From Dehalococcoidia bacterium (GTDB lineage: Bacteria > Chloroflexota > Dehalococcoidia > Bin125), in the NCBI GenBank assembly GCA_963555985.3, contig OY820591.1, positions 1,856,001 to 1,920,000 on the forward strand: a DNA stretch of 64,000 bases, read 5' to 3'. The notes below the pieces were generated by a model. The model saw nothing but the letters and a program-made list of their open reading frames with translations, made no database searches and was not told the DNA's origin. Position 1 is the stretch's first letter. Each line of letters starts with the position of its first letter. This document shows, one piece after another, positions 47,532 through 56,800 of the stretch. The position numbers and the translations under genes are program-made.

Positions 47532-48922
47532 GGTGAGACGGGAGCGGCCTGTGCGGGATCGATCAGCCGCCAGCCCTCGCTCAGGGGGGCGCGGGCGACT
47601 GCGACCGCCGTCCCGTTTGGGGCGTCTCCGGCGGAGAGAGCCTGGAAGGGGATGCCGTAGTCGCCCATCAACTCCGAGAGCCGCGCAGCCTGAAGCGAAA
47701 TCAGCGCGCGCGGGCCGTCGTCCTGGCGGCGCAAGCGCTCGAAGAGGTCGGCGAGTTTGCCGGCGAGACGCTCGACCGGCTGGAAGGGCAGCCGCTGCGT
47801 GCCTGAGGCAAGACGTGACAGCTGACGCTGAGGCAAGGTGAGCGCTCTGAGCCGCTGCTCGAGTTCGGCGGCGGTGAGCCAGGGATGGGGCAGACCGCGA
47901 GGGATTCGAGCCGCGTGCTCCAGTTCGGCGCGGGCGTGCTCTGCGCGGGCGTCGCGCTCCTCCGCTCGCGCGAGCGCTTCATGGAGTTCGTCGATCAGGA
48001 CGAGCGTGTTTGGCGGGAGCTGCTCGAACAGCGTCGCGGGAGCGAGGAACGGCGTCCAGAAGTCGGGACGTGAGGGCGCCTCTCCGACTCTCAAGCACTC
48101 GAGATCCAGATTGAGTGCCATGGCCTCAGCGCTGAGTTCCGGCTCACTCGAGTCTGGCCTCCCAGGAGCGGCGCCGATGTCCTCGAACAGCGAGTTCAGG
48201 CGCGCCTCGGCGGCGCTCGGATTCCACTCGCGGGCGGGTCGGAGTTCGATTGCGTCAAGGGAACCGGTCGACCGCTGTGTGGCGGGGTCGAAACGGCGCA
48301 GCGAGTCAACCTCGTCGCCGAAGAGTTCGATCCGTGCTGGCTGATCATCGACGATGGGCCAAAGATCGATGATGCCTCCGCGCACGGCGAAGGTCGCGGG
48401 TGTGACGACCAGCCGCTCGCGCTGGTAACCGGCTGCATCGAGCGCGCGCAGCAGCGCGTCCAGCCGGAGTTGGCCGCCGCGCTCGATTCGGATCGGAACG
48501 GATTCCGCGCCCAGCGTGCGCTGCGTCACGGCGTCGGCGTCGGTGATCAGGATCGGATCAGTAGAGCGAAGCGCGGCGAGTGCGGCGAGACGGGCTTCGA
48601 TCACGTCCGCCGGAGGCGGTTGGCGGTCGTAGGGCACGAGGTCGCGGGAAGGGAACTGGCGCAGGCGCGTCCGTTGTTCGTGATCGAGCCAGACGGGCAG
48701 CTGCTCGAGCAGATCGTCGGCTGCGGCCGGGGTGGGAGTGAGTACGACGACCGGACCGGAGTGCTCCGCAGCGAGCGCGGCGATCAGGGCGGGCTTGGCG
48801 GCGTCCGGCACTCCGAGCGTCTCTTGATCGCGGTAATCGGCAAGCGCGCTGCGCACGATCGGCTGTAGCCCGGCGAGTAGGCCGGAGGTGTCGTGGTGGC
48901 CGCTGAGATTCGCCGCGGTCAA
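47528..48922 (-). CDS. mfd: Transcription-repair coupling factor, N-terminal UvrB-homology part (frameshifted relative to the C-terminal part)
   Basis: FAVRGGIIDLWP..RIELFGDEVDSLRRFDPATQRS. Confidence 0.88.
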   Translation of the reverse strand: MTAANLSGHHDTSGLLAGLQPIVRSALADYRDQETLGVPDAAKPALIAALAAEHSGPVVVLTPTPAAADDLLEQLPVWLDHEQRTRLRQFPSRDLVPYDRQPPPADVIEARLAALAALRSTDPILITDADAVTQRTLGAESVPIRIERGGQLRLDALLRALDAAGYQRERLVVTPATFAVRGGIIDLWPIVDDQPARIELFGDEVDSLRRFDPATQRSTGSLDAIELRPAREWNPSAAEARLNSLFEDIGAAPGRPDSSEPELSAEAMALNLDLECLRVGEAPSRPDFWTPFLAPATLFEQLPPNTLVLIDELHEALARAEERDARAEHARAELEHAARIPRGLPHPWLTAAELEQRLRALTLPQRQLSRLASGTQRLPFQPVERLAGKLADLFERLRRQDDGPRALISLQAARLSELMGDYGIPFQALSAGDAPNGTAVAVARAPLSEGWRLIDPAQAAPVSP

Positions 48923-49007
48923 GCCTGCTGAGCCTTCTCCGCTACGTGGGTTCGGATTGAGTGTAGGAGGCTGCGCTTACGGCAGTCTCTTGGCCAACGC
49001 TGTTCAG

Positions 49008-49057
49008 ACCCCCTCTGTCCCCACGGAACATCTCCCCCCGCGGTGCGGGGGAGAGGG
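49008..49057 (+). repeat. REP-like palindrome, family 1
   Basis: ACCCCCTCTGTCCCCACGGAACATCTCCCCCCGCGGTGCGGGGGAGAGGG. Confidence 0.75.
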
Positions 49058-49079
49058 ATCTGGCTTGGGCGGCGCTTTC

Positions 49080-50141
49080 TCAGGTCTGGGTGGTGGGGAC
49101 GAGGCGGTGAGGGCCGACGAAGCCGATGTGGATCTTGTTGGTGCGGCCTTTGCTGTCGTCGTGGAAGTAGAGACGAGGGATGTGCTGCCCTCCGCCCTCG
49201 GCGATCTTCATGTGCGCCTCCATCGTGATGTAGCCGCTGGGATCGATTTTCTGGTCGACCAGGAAGCGGCGCGCTCGCCGGAGCGGACCGGAGTTCATGA
49301 TCGTGTCGGACTCGCTCATGGCGAGTTTCTTGGAGGAGGCAGGCCAGGCGTGGGGGTTGTTGGTGTGCTCGCACCACTCCCAGAAGCCGCCGTTGAAGAA
49401 CTCGGCTTCGGCGGCGTAGGCGTCGAGCGCGCGCAGGGCTTTCCAGAGTTCGCGCGCCCAGTCGCCTGACTTTTCGTCTGCTTCGAGGTCGTCGATCTCG
49501 CGCGGCGCGGCGTCGGAGATCACGATGTTCTCGCACTCTTCGCGGGCCACCGCGATCACGCCGCTGATCGTGGGGACGGGCGGGCCGTCGTATCCGTCCG
49601 AGGGTTCGGCGGCGACCGCGCGTCCGTCCTGGATGAGGGCGTCGTAGGTATCGAGCTTGAGCTGGATACGGTGGCGCTCCTCGTTCGCTTCGGCGAGTTC
49701 GCGTTCGCGCTGTTCGCGATCCTGCCGGGCGCTTCTGAGTTCCGCGCGCAGTTCGTTGAGATCGCGCTCACGGGCGGTCTCGGCCTCGCTTAACCGGCGG
49801 CGGAGTTCCTCGGCCTCAGTTTGCGCGAGTTGATCGCGCCGGTTCGCGTCCGACTCCAGGTCGGCGGCGCGTTGGCGCTCGGCTCCGAGTTCGGCTTCGA
49901 GTGTTTCGATCTGCGCTTGCGCGTCGGCCGAGTTCGCTCCCAGCCGATCGGCGGCGAGTTGCCGGATTCGCTCGCGCGCACGCGCTGCGGTTGCTAAGGC
50001 ATGATCGAGGTCTGCGCGAATCTCAGCTTCATCGTGATCCAAGAGGTATTCGACGAGCTCCACCGCAGACGGGTAGAGCGAGCGGGCGATGGCGAAGGCG
50101 GCGAGAGCGCCGATGGCGTCGGCTGAACGGTCGTTGGACAT
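49080..50141 (-). CDS. Coiled-coil protein with conserved-looking C-terminal domain (possible RNase toxin fold)
   Basis: Long E/R/A heptad region; C-terminal AHMKI...PRLYFHDD...IHIGFVGPH. Confidence 0.7.
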   Translation of the reverse strand: MSNDRSADAIGALAAFAIARSLYPSAVELVEYLLDHDEAEIRADLDHALATAARARERIRQLAADRLGANSADAQAQIETLEAELGAERQRAADLESDANRRDQLAQTEAEELRRRLSEAETARERDLNELRAELRSARQDREQRERELAEANEERHRIQLKLDTYDALIQDGRAVAAEPSDGYDGPPVPTISGVIAVAREECENIVISDAAPREIDDLEADEKSGDWARELWKALRALDAYAAEAEFFNGGFWEWCEHTNNPHAWPASSKKLAMSESDTIMNSGPLRRARRFLVDQKIDPSGYITMEAHMKIAEGGGQHIPRLYFHDDSKGRTNKIHIGFVGPHRLVPTTQT

Positions 50142-50160
50142 GGGAGTTCCTTTCGCTGGC

Positions 50161-50799
50161 TCACTTGGGTGTGCGGTTGTAGGCGTTCATGGCGGACTCC
50201 ACGCCGTGTTCGAGGATGTGCAGGACAGCCTCGGCGGCGCGCCGCTCGGCTTGCGTGAGCAAGGGCCGCTGTTCGGGCGTGGGATCGCTGAGCAGGTAGT
50301 CGGCCACGTCGTCGGGATGACGCGACGGCTGTCCGTCCACGATCGGCCGCCCAACGCCGATGCGAATGCGGGGGAAGTTGAGCTCGCCGATCGTCTGTCG
50401 AATCGAGCGCATCCCGCGCTGGCCGGCGTCGGAACCATGAGGACGGATGCGGATGCGTCCCGGCGGAAGATCGAGTTCGTCAACGAGCAGGATCAGCTCG
50501 GAGGGGTCGGCGCGGTACTTGTCGAGCAGGGCTTGGACGGCCTTGCCCGATCCGTTCATGAAAGTGCGCGGCAGTATCACCGCGACCGGACCAACGGGCG
50601 TCTCCGCCTGGGAGACGCGGAAATGGCGCTCGCGTGCGGGCTTGGGGAGATTGAGCAGGGAGCACAGCTGCTCGGCGGCGCGGAGGCCGGCGTTGTGGCG
50701 ATGGCGCGCGTATTCGGGCCCAGGGTTGCCGAGGCCGACGATCAGCCGGGCGTCCTGAAGCGGGGTCAGTCCGCGGCGCCGGGAGAGGAGTTTCGGCAT
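50161..50799 (-). CDS. pth: Peptidyl-tRNA hydrolase
   Basis: LIVGLGNPG..Y..HRHNAG, PRTFMN.SG, DELDLP.G and RIRIGVGRP; start taken at ATG 50799. Confidence 0.93.
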   Translation of the reverse strand: MPKLLSRRRGLTPLQDARLIVGLGNPGPEYARHRHNAGLRAAEQLCSLLNLPKPARERHFRVSQAETPVGPVAVILPRTFMNGSGKAVQALLDKYRADPSELILLVDELDLPPGRIRIRPHGSDAGQRGMRSIRQTIGELNFPRIRIGVGRPIVDGQPSRHPDDVADYLLSDPTPEQRPLLTQAERRAAEAVLHILEHGVESAMNAYNRTPK

Positions 50800-50844
50800 C
50801 TTCGGCCTCACCGGATCCATGTCGCACGGGGCGGAATTGGCGGG

Positions 50845-51110
50845 GTTCGGGGAATTTCTCGGGCGAAATGTGCGAATGCGCCGCCGGTACCGGTGAAAAG
50901 CACCGTCGGTAGTCCAGATTTGTCCAGATTTGGCTCGATTCGTCCAGATTTTGCGATGTTCTGAGCGGAAATGAGCGGGTGAATCCGAGTTTGTCCAGGC
51001 GTATCCGGACTCGGGGAGCGGAAGGTGCGGGTGGTCATGGCAGGCTCCGCGTAGAGGTGGGGGAGCGTTGGGCACGAGCTATCGTATACGCACTTGCGTT
51101 CTGTGTCAGG
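50845..51110 (-). repeat. Dispersed promoter + 10-nt-period element, copy C
   Basis: Minus strand: CTGACA-17-TACGAT with GAAC-GCAA-GTGC in the spacer, CCTGCCATGA, AATCTGGACN-type units (50911-50950), and ATTCGC..TCGCCCGAGAAATTCCCC. Confidence 0.75.
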
Positions 51111-51149
51111 TTGTGAGTCGAGGGCGGTGTCTAGTAGTTGACAGGTCTG

Positions 51150-52730
51150 CTAGTCCGTATCGGCGGCGTACTTCTCGCCGAGAGCGGTTTCCCAGCGGAG
51201 GTAGTGCTGCATGTCGGCGTAGCCTCGCTGGGGGCCGAAGCTGAGGATGTCGTTGGGTGGGGACATCACTCCGGTCAGACCCAGTTCGAGCGGCAATCTC
51301 TGCTCACGGTAGGCCGCCATGCCTCCGCGCACGGCGCTGACGTCGTCACGACCGAGCCTCAGCAGCGTGCGCACGGCTAGCAGAGACTGCGTTCCGTCCT
51401 CGCAGATCAGGATGATCGGCTCGTCATCGTAAGCTCTCACGTTTCGTTCCAGCCACGCCCGCGGCTCCCATTCCGCGCCCGGTGGATGGCCGTCAGCGAA
51501 CTCTTGGCTCGTGCCAACGTGGATCACCCGTGCGTCCAGCGGGTCGAACGCTTTGTCCGGCTCGACAATCGGAACCGATTCGCGTGCTTTCGTGAGCAAG
51601 GGCGGCTCATGGTACTCCGAACCGGACTCCAGCGAGTGCCCGGCCGCCGTCCATGCGCCGGTTCCGCCTTCGAGCGCGTAGACGTGTCGATGCCCCATCT
51701 GGCGGTACCAGGAGGCGGTCAGCGTAGCGCGGGCGAGGCCGTCGCAGGCGAAGACGATCGGGGCATGGTGGACGACGGCGACGTCGTCGCTGCGCTGGAC
51801 GGCCTGTCCGCCCGGGAACCAACGGAAGCCGGGGATGTGTCCGGCCTCATGCTCCTCCTCGGTGCGCACGTCGATGAAGTAGACGCTCTCGTCGTGACTG
51901 CGCTCGCTCAGCTCGTCCAGTTGCTCAACGCCGATCAGCTGCACGCCGTCCTCGGCGGCGCAGCGGCGGGCGTACTGCTCGGCCGCGATCCGGCCCGTCT
52001 CGCTGACTGTGGGCAGCGACATCGTGCTGTCCAGCCGCTCCAGCTTGTGCCCGGCGAGCATCCAGCCGGCGGTGCCGTTTTTCAGGCCGACCACCTCGCG
52101 CTGCAAACCCATGCGCTGGAGGACGCGGGTACCGATGATGCTGCGCGTGCGTCCGGCGCAGTTGATCACGACCGTCGCGTCCTGGGGTGCGTCGGCGAGG
52201 ATGTCGGAAATGCGGTAGGCCAACTCGCCGCCCGGGAGGCTGCGCCCGCCCGGAATGTGGGAGCGGAAGTATTCCTCCGGCGTGCGCGTGTCGAGGATCA
52301 CGAGCGGGTCGCCGCGTTCGATCCGCGCGTGGAGATCGTCGGCCTCAATCTCGGGCACGTGGTGGACGACTTCCACCCGTTCGCCGAAGTCCTTGCTGGG
52401 CACGTTGACGCCCCACTCGGTGGGCAGATCGAGGTAGGACCAGCGGTTGACGCCGCCGGTCAGCGTGTACACGTCGGTGTAACCGCACTCTTCGACGGTC
52501 GCGGCGGCCAGGTGGACGCGCTGCTCGTTCTCGTCGCAGAGGATGACCGGCGTATCGGTGTGGGGCACGGCGTGGGGGAGGTCGAATTCGAGCATCCTGC
52601 GTGGAATCAGCGAGGAGCCGGGGATGTGGGAGGCGTTGTATTCGGGCGGATCGCGGACGTCGATCAGGGCGAAGGGCGCGTCGTCGGAGAGTCGGAGTTG
52701 GAGGTCTTGGGGAGTGATTGTGGTGGGCAT
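51150..52730 (-). CDS. Multi-rhodanese-domain sulfurtransferase (four domains)
   Basis: Repeated DVR..EY...HIPG; GVNVPSKDFGE; NCAGRTRSIIG. Confidence 0.88.
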   Translation of the reverse strand: MPTTITPQDLQLRLSDDAPFALIDVRDPPEYNASHIPGSSLIPRRMLEFDLPHAVPHTDTPVILCDENEQRVHLAAATVEECGYTDVYTLTGGVNRWSYLDLPTEWGVNVPSKDFGERVEVVHHVPEIEADDLHARIERGDPLVILDTRTPEEYFRSHIPGGRSLPGGELAYRISDILADAPQDATVVINCAGRTRSIIGTRVLQRMGLQREVVGLKNGTAGWMLAGHKLERLDSTMSLPTVSETGRIAAEQYARRCAAEDGVQLIGVEQLDELSERSHDESVYFIDVRTEEEHEAGHIPGFRWFPGGQAVQRSDDVAVVHHAPIVFACDGLARATLTASWYRQMGHRHVYALEGGTGAWTAAGHSLESGSEYHEPPLLTKARESVPIVEPDKAFDPLDARVIHVGTSQEFADGHPPGAEWEPRAWLERNVRAYDDEPIILICEDGTQSLLAVRTLLRLGRDDVSAVRGGMAAYREQRLPLELGLTGVMSPPNDILSFGPQRGYADMQHYLRWETALGEKYAADTD

Positions 52731-52816
52731 GGCGCGATCCAATGGCGGCGAGGTAGCAGGTATCCTAGCAGGTATGAGCGGATTGCGGGCGCTACCATGC
52801 CGGGGAAGGTTGCACG

Positions 52817-53323
52817 ATGGCGACGCTGGATGAGGCCAAGCTGCGTCGAACCCTGGTCGAACGCGGCCTCTGCGACCCGGAGACGGCTCTGGCCATCGGC
52901 GAGGTCTACTCCGAGTTGTGGGCCGAGGCGACCAGCGACTTCGTGACTGAAGATCGGGTGACCGCCGCCATCGTGGAGCTCCGCTCGGCCCTCCAAGAGG
53001 CGCTGCAAGAGAGCGAACGTCTACAGATTGATCGCCACGAGGCTCTCCGGCGCGAGTTCCATGAGCTCCGCCTCGAGATGCTGCAACGCGACGACCTCCG
53101 CGCCTCCGAACTCCAGGAGTTCAGACGCGAAGTCGCCGAGCGCGACGAACGTCTGCGCCGCGAGATCGCTGAGCGCGACTCCGGTCTACGGAAAGAAATC
53201 GCCGAACGCGACGCCGGCCTCCGCGACGATCAAGCCAACCGCGATCGCCGAACCCAGTGGCTGATCGGCCTCGGCTTCACCGCCTTCGGCGCCCTCGCTT
53301 CGGTTCTCGCGGTGTTCACCTGA
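52817..53323 (+). CDS. DUF1640/CCDC90-like membrane coiled-coil protein with extended 11-aa-repeat stalk
   Basis: Head similar to the 35945 gene, FVTEDRV neck, (R/K)EIAERDxxLR repeats and C-terminal TM helix. Confidence 0.65.
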   Translation: MATLDEAKLRRTLVERGLCDPETALAIGEVYSELWAEATSDFVTEDRVTAAIVELRSALQEALQESERLQIDRHEALRREFHELRLEMLQRDDLRASELQEFRREVAERDERLRREIAERDSGLRKEIAERDAGLRDDQANRDRRTQWLIGLGFTAFGALASVLAVFT

Positions 53324-53429
53324 GACTCTGCTCAGCCGGTCGGAGCTTGGATGCCTTCTTAGAGGTGAAGGGCGGCACTGGACTCGCAAGTTTGGCGGCT
53401 GGCAAAATGACTCACTGAGGCAACCCGAT

Positions 53430-55277
53430 CTACTGCGTCGGGCCAGGCCACACCCTACGCGCGACTACCGACAGTCTTTCGCCGCGCTGGACAATGTCAG
53501 TTTCGCGCCATTCGTCGCCCGCGTAATTCAGCAGGTCACGGTTTAAGGCGCTTGCCGTGAATTGCCGAAATTCATCACGTTTTTCCGGCCAGCATCGGTT
53601 GGACACCGTGCTATTGAAACTCGAAGTGACGAGGGTCAGATTTCCCATGGCATGGATCAGACGCCGACGACGCACAATTGGCTCTTCATCAACATCGGTT
53701 CCTATAGTGGCCTCTTCCAATGGATAGCAGTCTTGCCATTCCTGGGGCATGATGTGCTCGATTGCAACTCGCTTCCAGACGGTCTGCAACTCAGTCTTCT
53801 TCGATTCCATCTCACTTTCCAACGCCATCAACGCCATGCGCAGTCGTGCAGCCGACACTCCAGTACGTCCGTACTGACGCTCCTGGACGAAGTACCGCTC
53901 AAAGCTCGCATCGTCCGGCCATTGCCGTCTGTCACCCTCTTGTTCACTCAAGTAGTCCAAGACGGCTTCTTCTGCACGATTGGGACCGATTTCCTTCAGG
54001 CGACTCAACAGTCCCAACATGACCTCGAAGTATCCTCTCGTGCCTAGCGCGCAGATCATCCGCCGAACCAGAAAACTCTCGATCGCCACCAGCGCCTGTT
54101 CTTGGCGAGTGGCTTCCAGCTCGTTCGTTCTCAGCCACAACAACACTGGAGTCAACACACCTGCATTCATCGTGCGCCAGCGCGAGAAGAACATACCGAC
54201 ACGAGTGTTGTCGTCCATCTCCTCCATTTCCCTGAAGACCACGGAATGCAATCCCATCTCTTCCGCCACTTCCAAAATGGACGCGCCGATGGCCTTGGAA
54301 TCGTTAGCGTAGGATTGAAACTCGCGAGCTAACCGATTGGAGGGCCTAGCCACCACTTGACGGCCAAGTTTCATGGTGAGCCAATAGGCGAGAAACGCAT
54401 CCACCCTTGATCGACGGGCGTAGCCCGATCCGATTTCGGCGTCCCACCATTCGTCGTCAAAGTGACCGGAGTTTTCGCCGATCCTCTCGCTCGCTTCTGT
54501 TTCCGAGTGACCATCTTCGCTCGCACGATTGAGCATGAAATTCTTGACGTGATCCCAAGCCAACAACGGGGTACCTCTGGCGTTCAATGTCTCGTAGATC
54601 ACGTGTTGATTCTCGTTGTCGTCCAGCGCCAACAGCACGACGTTGAGACGGAACCGCAGCACAGCTTCCAGCGCTTGCGCCCGTTCTTGACGCTGCTCCG
54701 ACACTCGAGAGAGCCAACTGGAGATAGACTGATAGAAGAACTCCCAACACTGCGCAATTCGGGATTCCAGTTGATCCGACGACAGAGGGATCCTGTCAAT
54801 AATCGCGGTGAACACTGCTCGATCTCGGTGGGTCGGATGCACCTTGTACTTATGCCTACTATCGGCTCGATACACTCGTGGAGCGTTCTGGATGAGCGGC
54901 GCAACTCCCTCCAACGCATCGGATTCAATTTCGTCGAACGCTCGATACGCAGCCGCGAGCATCAGCTGGATCGTGGTCAGGCGCTGCTGTCCATCAATGA
55001 CTGTCCAACGAGTGGGCGCGCTTGGTGTCTGCTTACCCGCTCGCTGGATGACGATGGCACCTAGAAAATGCACTGGCTCGACGTATCCGTTTCCTGAGAG
55101 TTCACCATCAGCTTCAGAGTCCTCATCCAACAGCCGCTCAGCCATTTGCGAGACATCGGCCCACAGCGGTTCCCACTGATTCTCGCGGCTCCAGACATAC
55201 ATGCGCTGGAAGTCAGGAACCTCGTAGTGAACGTTCCCCTCGAAGATTTCCTCTAGCGGTTGAAAGAACGTTTCCAT
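53430..55277 (-). CDS. DUF262 + DUF1524 (GmrSD-like, type IV restriction) protein
   Basis: VPDFQRMYVW, VIDGQQRLTT, YETLNARG; C-terminal IEHIMPQ...GNLTLV...N. The ORF-track extension overlaps the next gene and is not used. Confidence 0.92.
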   Translation of the reverse strand: METFFQPLEEIFEGNVHYEVPDFQRMYVWSRENQWEPLWADVSQMAERLLDEDSEADGELSGNGYVEPVHFLGAIVIQRAGKQTPSAPTRWTVIDGQQRLTTIQLMLAAAYRAFDEIESDALEGVAPLIQNAPRVYRADSRHKYKVHPTHRDRAVFTAIIDRIPLSSDQLESRIAQCWEFFYQSISSWLSRVSEQRQERAQALEAVLRFRLNVVLLALDDNENQHVIYETLNARGTPLLAWDHVKNFMLNRASEDGHSETEASERIGENSGHFDDEWWDAEIGSGYARRSRVDAFLAYWLTMKLGRQVVARPSNRLAREFQSYANDSKAIGASILEVAEEMGLHSVVFREMEEMDDNTRVGMFFSRWRTMNAGVLTPVLLWLRTNELEATRQEQALVAIESFLVRRMICALGTRGYFEVMLGLLSRLKEIGPNRAEEAVLDYLSEQEGDRRQWPDDASFERYFVQERQYGRTGVSAARLRMALMALESEMESKKTELQTVWKRVAIEHIMPQEWQDCYPLEEATIGTDVDEEPIVRRRRLIHAMGNLTLVTSSFNSTVSNRCWPEKRDEFRQFTASALNRDLLNYAGDEWRETDIVQRGERLSVVARRVWPGPTQ

Positions 55278-55321
55278 CTTCTTGCCCCGGTCGCATCCAG
55301 CGTGAATCCGTTGCCTGTCGC

Positions 55322-56734
55322 TTACACCGCCCGCAACCTTGATGCCTTCCGTAACGCATTTGCGGCTCGCTCGAAGCTGGGGAATGTTGCGATCCCCTCC
55401 TCCTGCAACCTCAGACGCGCCTTGAGCGCTGCCTCTTCCTGGTGACTGGGGTGGAGCGCGGTCAGGAAGGGCTTCTCCGACTCGCTCATGAACTGCTTCA
55501 ATGACCCGATTAGCCGATCGAACTCTTCTGGCTTGTCCTGCCAGCGGCGGGCCATGAAGGTGGCGGAGAGCTCCATCCCGACCGCGTCGATGTTCTCGTC
55601 CTGGTTGAGGATGTCGAAGATCGTGTCGAGGTGTTTGGGGTCCTGACCGATCGTGCCGGCGGCGTCGAGCGGATTGCGATAGCTGCCGCCGATGATGTTG
55701 AAGAAGTCGGCGAGCTGAGCGTAACTCTCGTCGGAGAGCGTGGGCACTTTCCAACCGGCCTTCTCGAAGGCGTCGGTGAGGACGACCGATTGTCCGCCGG
55801 TCATTGCGATTAATCCGAGCCGGTTGCCCTGGGTGCGCTTGGTCAGCAGCGTCGCTTTGACCACGTCGATCATCTCGTCGAGGTTATGTACAGCGACTGC
55901 GCCGACCTGCTGGATCATCGCCTCCCAGATCGCCTGGTCGCTGGCGAGTGAGGCGGTGTGCGAGCGGATCGCGCGCCCGCCGCCCTCGGTCTGACCGCCC
56001 TTCCAGATGATCACGGGCTTCTTCGCCGCCACCTCGCGCAGCGTCCGGAACAGGCGCCGACCGTCGCGCGCGCCCTCGATGTACATCCCGATCACCTCGG
56101 TCTGAGGGTCGTCCGCCAGGTATTCGAGGTAGTCGGCGGCTTCAAGGATGATCCCGTTGCCGAAGCTGACTAGGGTGGAGCAGTAGAGCCCGTGCGCAGC
56201 GCCGGTGAGGGAGAAATTCATTCCGTGCGTGCCGCTCTGCGAGACGAAGCCGATGTTGCCCTGGATCCCGGCGGGCTGGTCGCGGTTGAAGCGGACGCCG
56301 AGGCCGGGCACGTGCAGGCCCATGCAGTTGGGGCCGATCAGAGCGAGTCCGGCAGGGTCGGCGATCTCGAAGATCTTGTCCTGGAGCTGTACGCCGATGT
56401 CCTCGCCGGTCTCAGCGAAACCGGAGGTGAAGAGGGTCACGCCGCCCACATCGGCGTCGACGCAGGATTGGACGATGAAGGGCGCGACCTGGCGCGGGAC
56501 GGCGCAGACGGCGAAGTCGATCCGCTCCGGGATGTCGGTCAGCGACTTGTAGTTGGGCACGCCCAGTTCTTCAATGCCGGGGATCTCGTTCTCGTCGACC
56601 TGGACGCTGTAGAGCGGGCCGTCAAAGGGCTGGAGCGAGCGCAGCCAGTTGTAGCCGCTGGCTTTCTTGTCGCCGATCACGGCGACGGCCTTGGGCGCCA
56701 GCGCGCGGGTGAGGCGTTCACGGGTGACGGCCAT
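55322..56734 (-). CDS. Acyl-CoA synthetase (ADP-forming) alpha / CoA-binding subunit
   Basis: GFAE, IGPNCMG, SQSG, SHTASLA and NPLD. Confidence 0.9.
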   Translation of the reverse strand: MAVTRERLTRALAPKAVAVIGDKKASGYNWLRSLQPFDGPLYSVQVDENEIPGIEELGVPNYKSLTDIPERIDFAVCAVPRQVAPFIVQSCVDADVGGVTLFTSGFAETGEDIGVQLQDKIFEIADPAGLALIGPNCMGLHVPGLGVRFNRDQPAGIQGNIGFVSQSGTHGMNFSLTGAAHGLYCSTLVSFGNGIILEAADYLEYLADDPQTEVIGMYIEGARDGRRLFRTLREVAAKKPVIIWKGGQTEGGGRAIRSHTASLASDQAIWEAMIQQVGAVAVHNLDEMIDVVKATLLTKRTQGNRLGLIAMTGGQSVVLTDAFEKAGWKVPTLSDESYAQLADFFNIIGGSYRNPLDAAGTIGQDPKHLDTIFDILNQDENIDAVGMELSATFMARRWQDKPEEFDRLIGSLKQFMSESEKPFLTALHPSHQEEAALKARLRLQEEGIATFPSFERAANALRKASRLRAV

Positions 56735-56750
56735 CGGAGGTCTCCTGGGT

Positions 56751-56785
56751 GTTCGGGCTCGTTCGGATTTGTTCGGCTCTGTTCG
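56751..56785 (-). repeat. Short 10-nt-period CGAAC array (four units)
   Basis: Plus strand GTTCGGGCTC GTTCGGATTT GTTCGGCTCT GTTCG. Confidence 0.65.
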
Positions 56786-56800
56786 CTTGGGGACGAAGGC

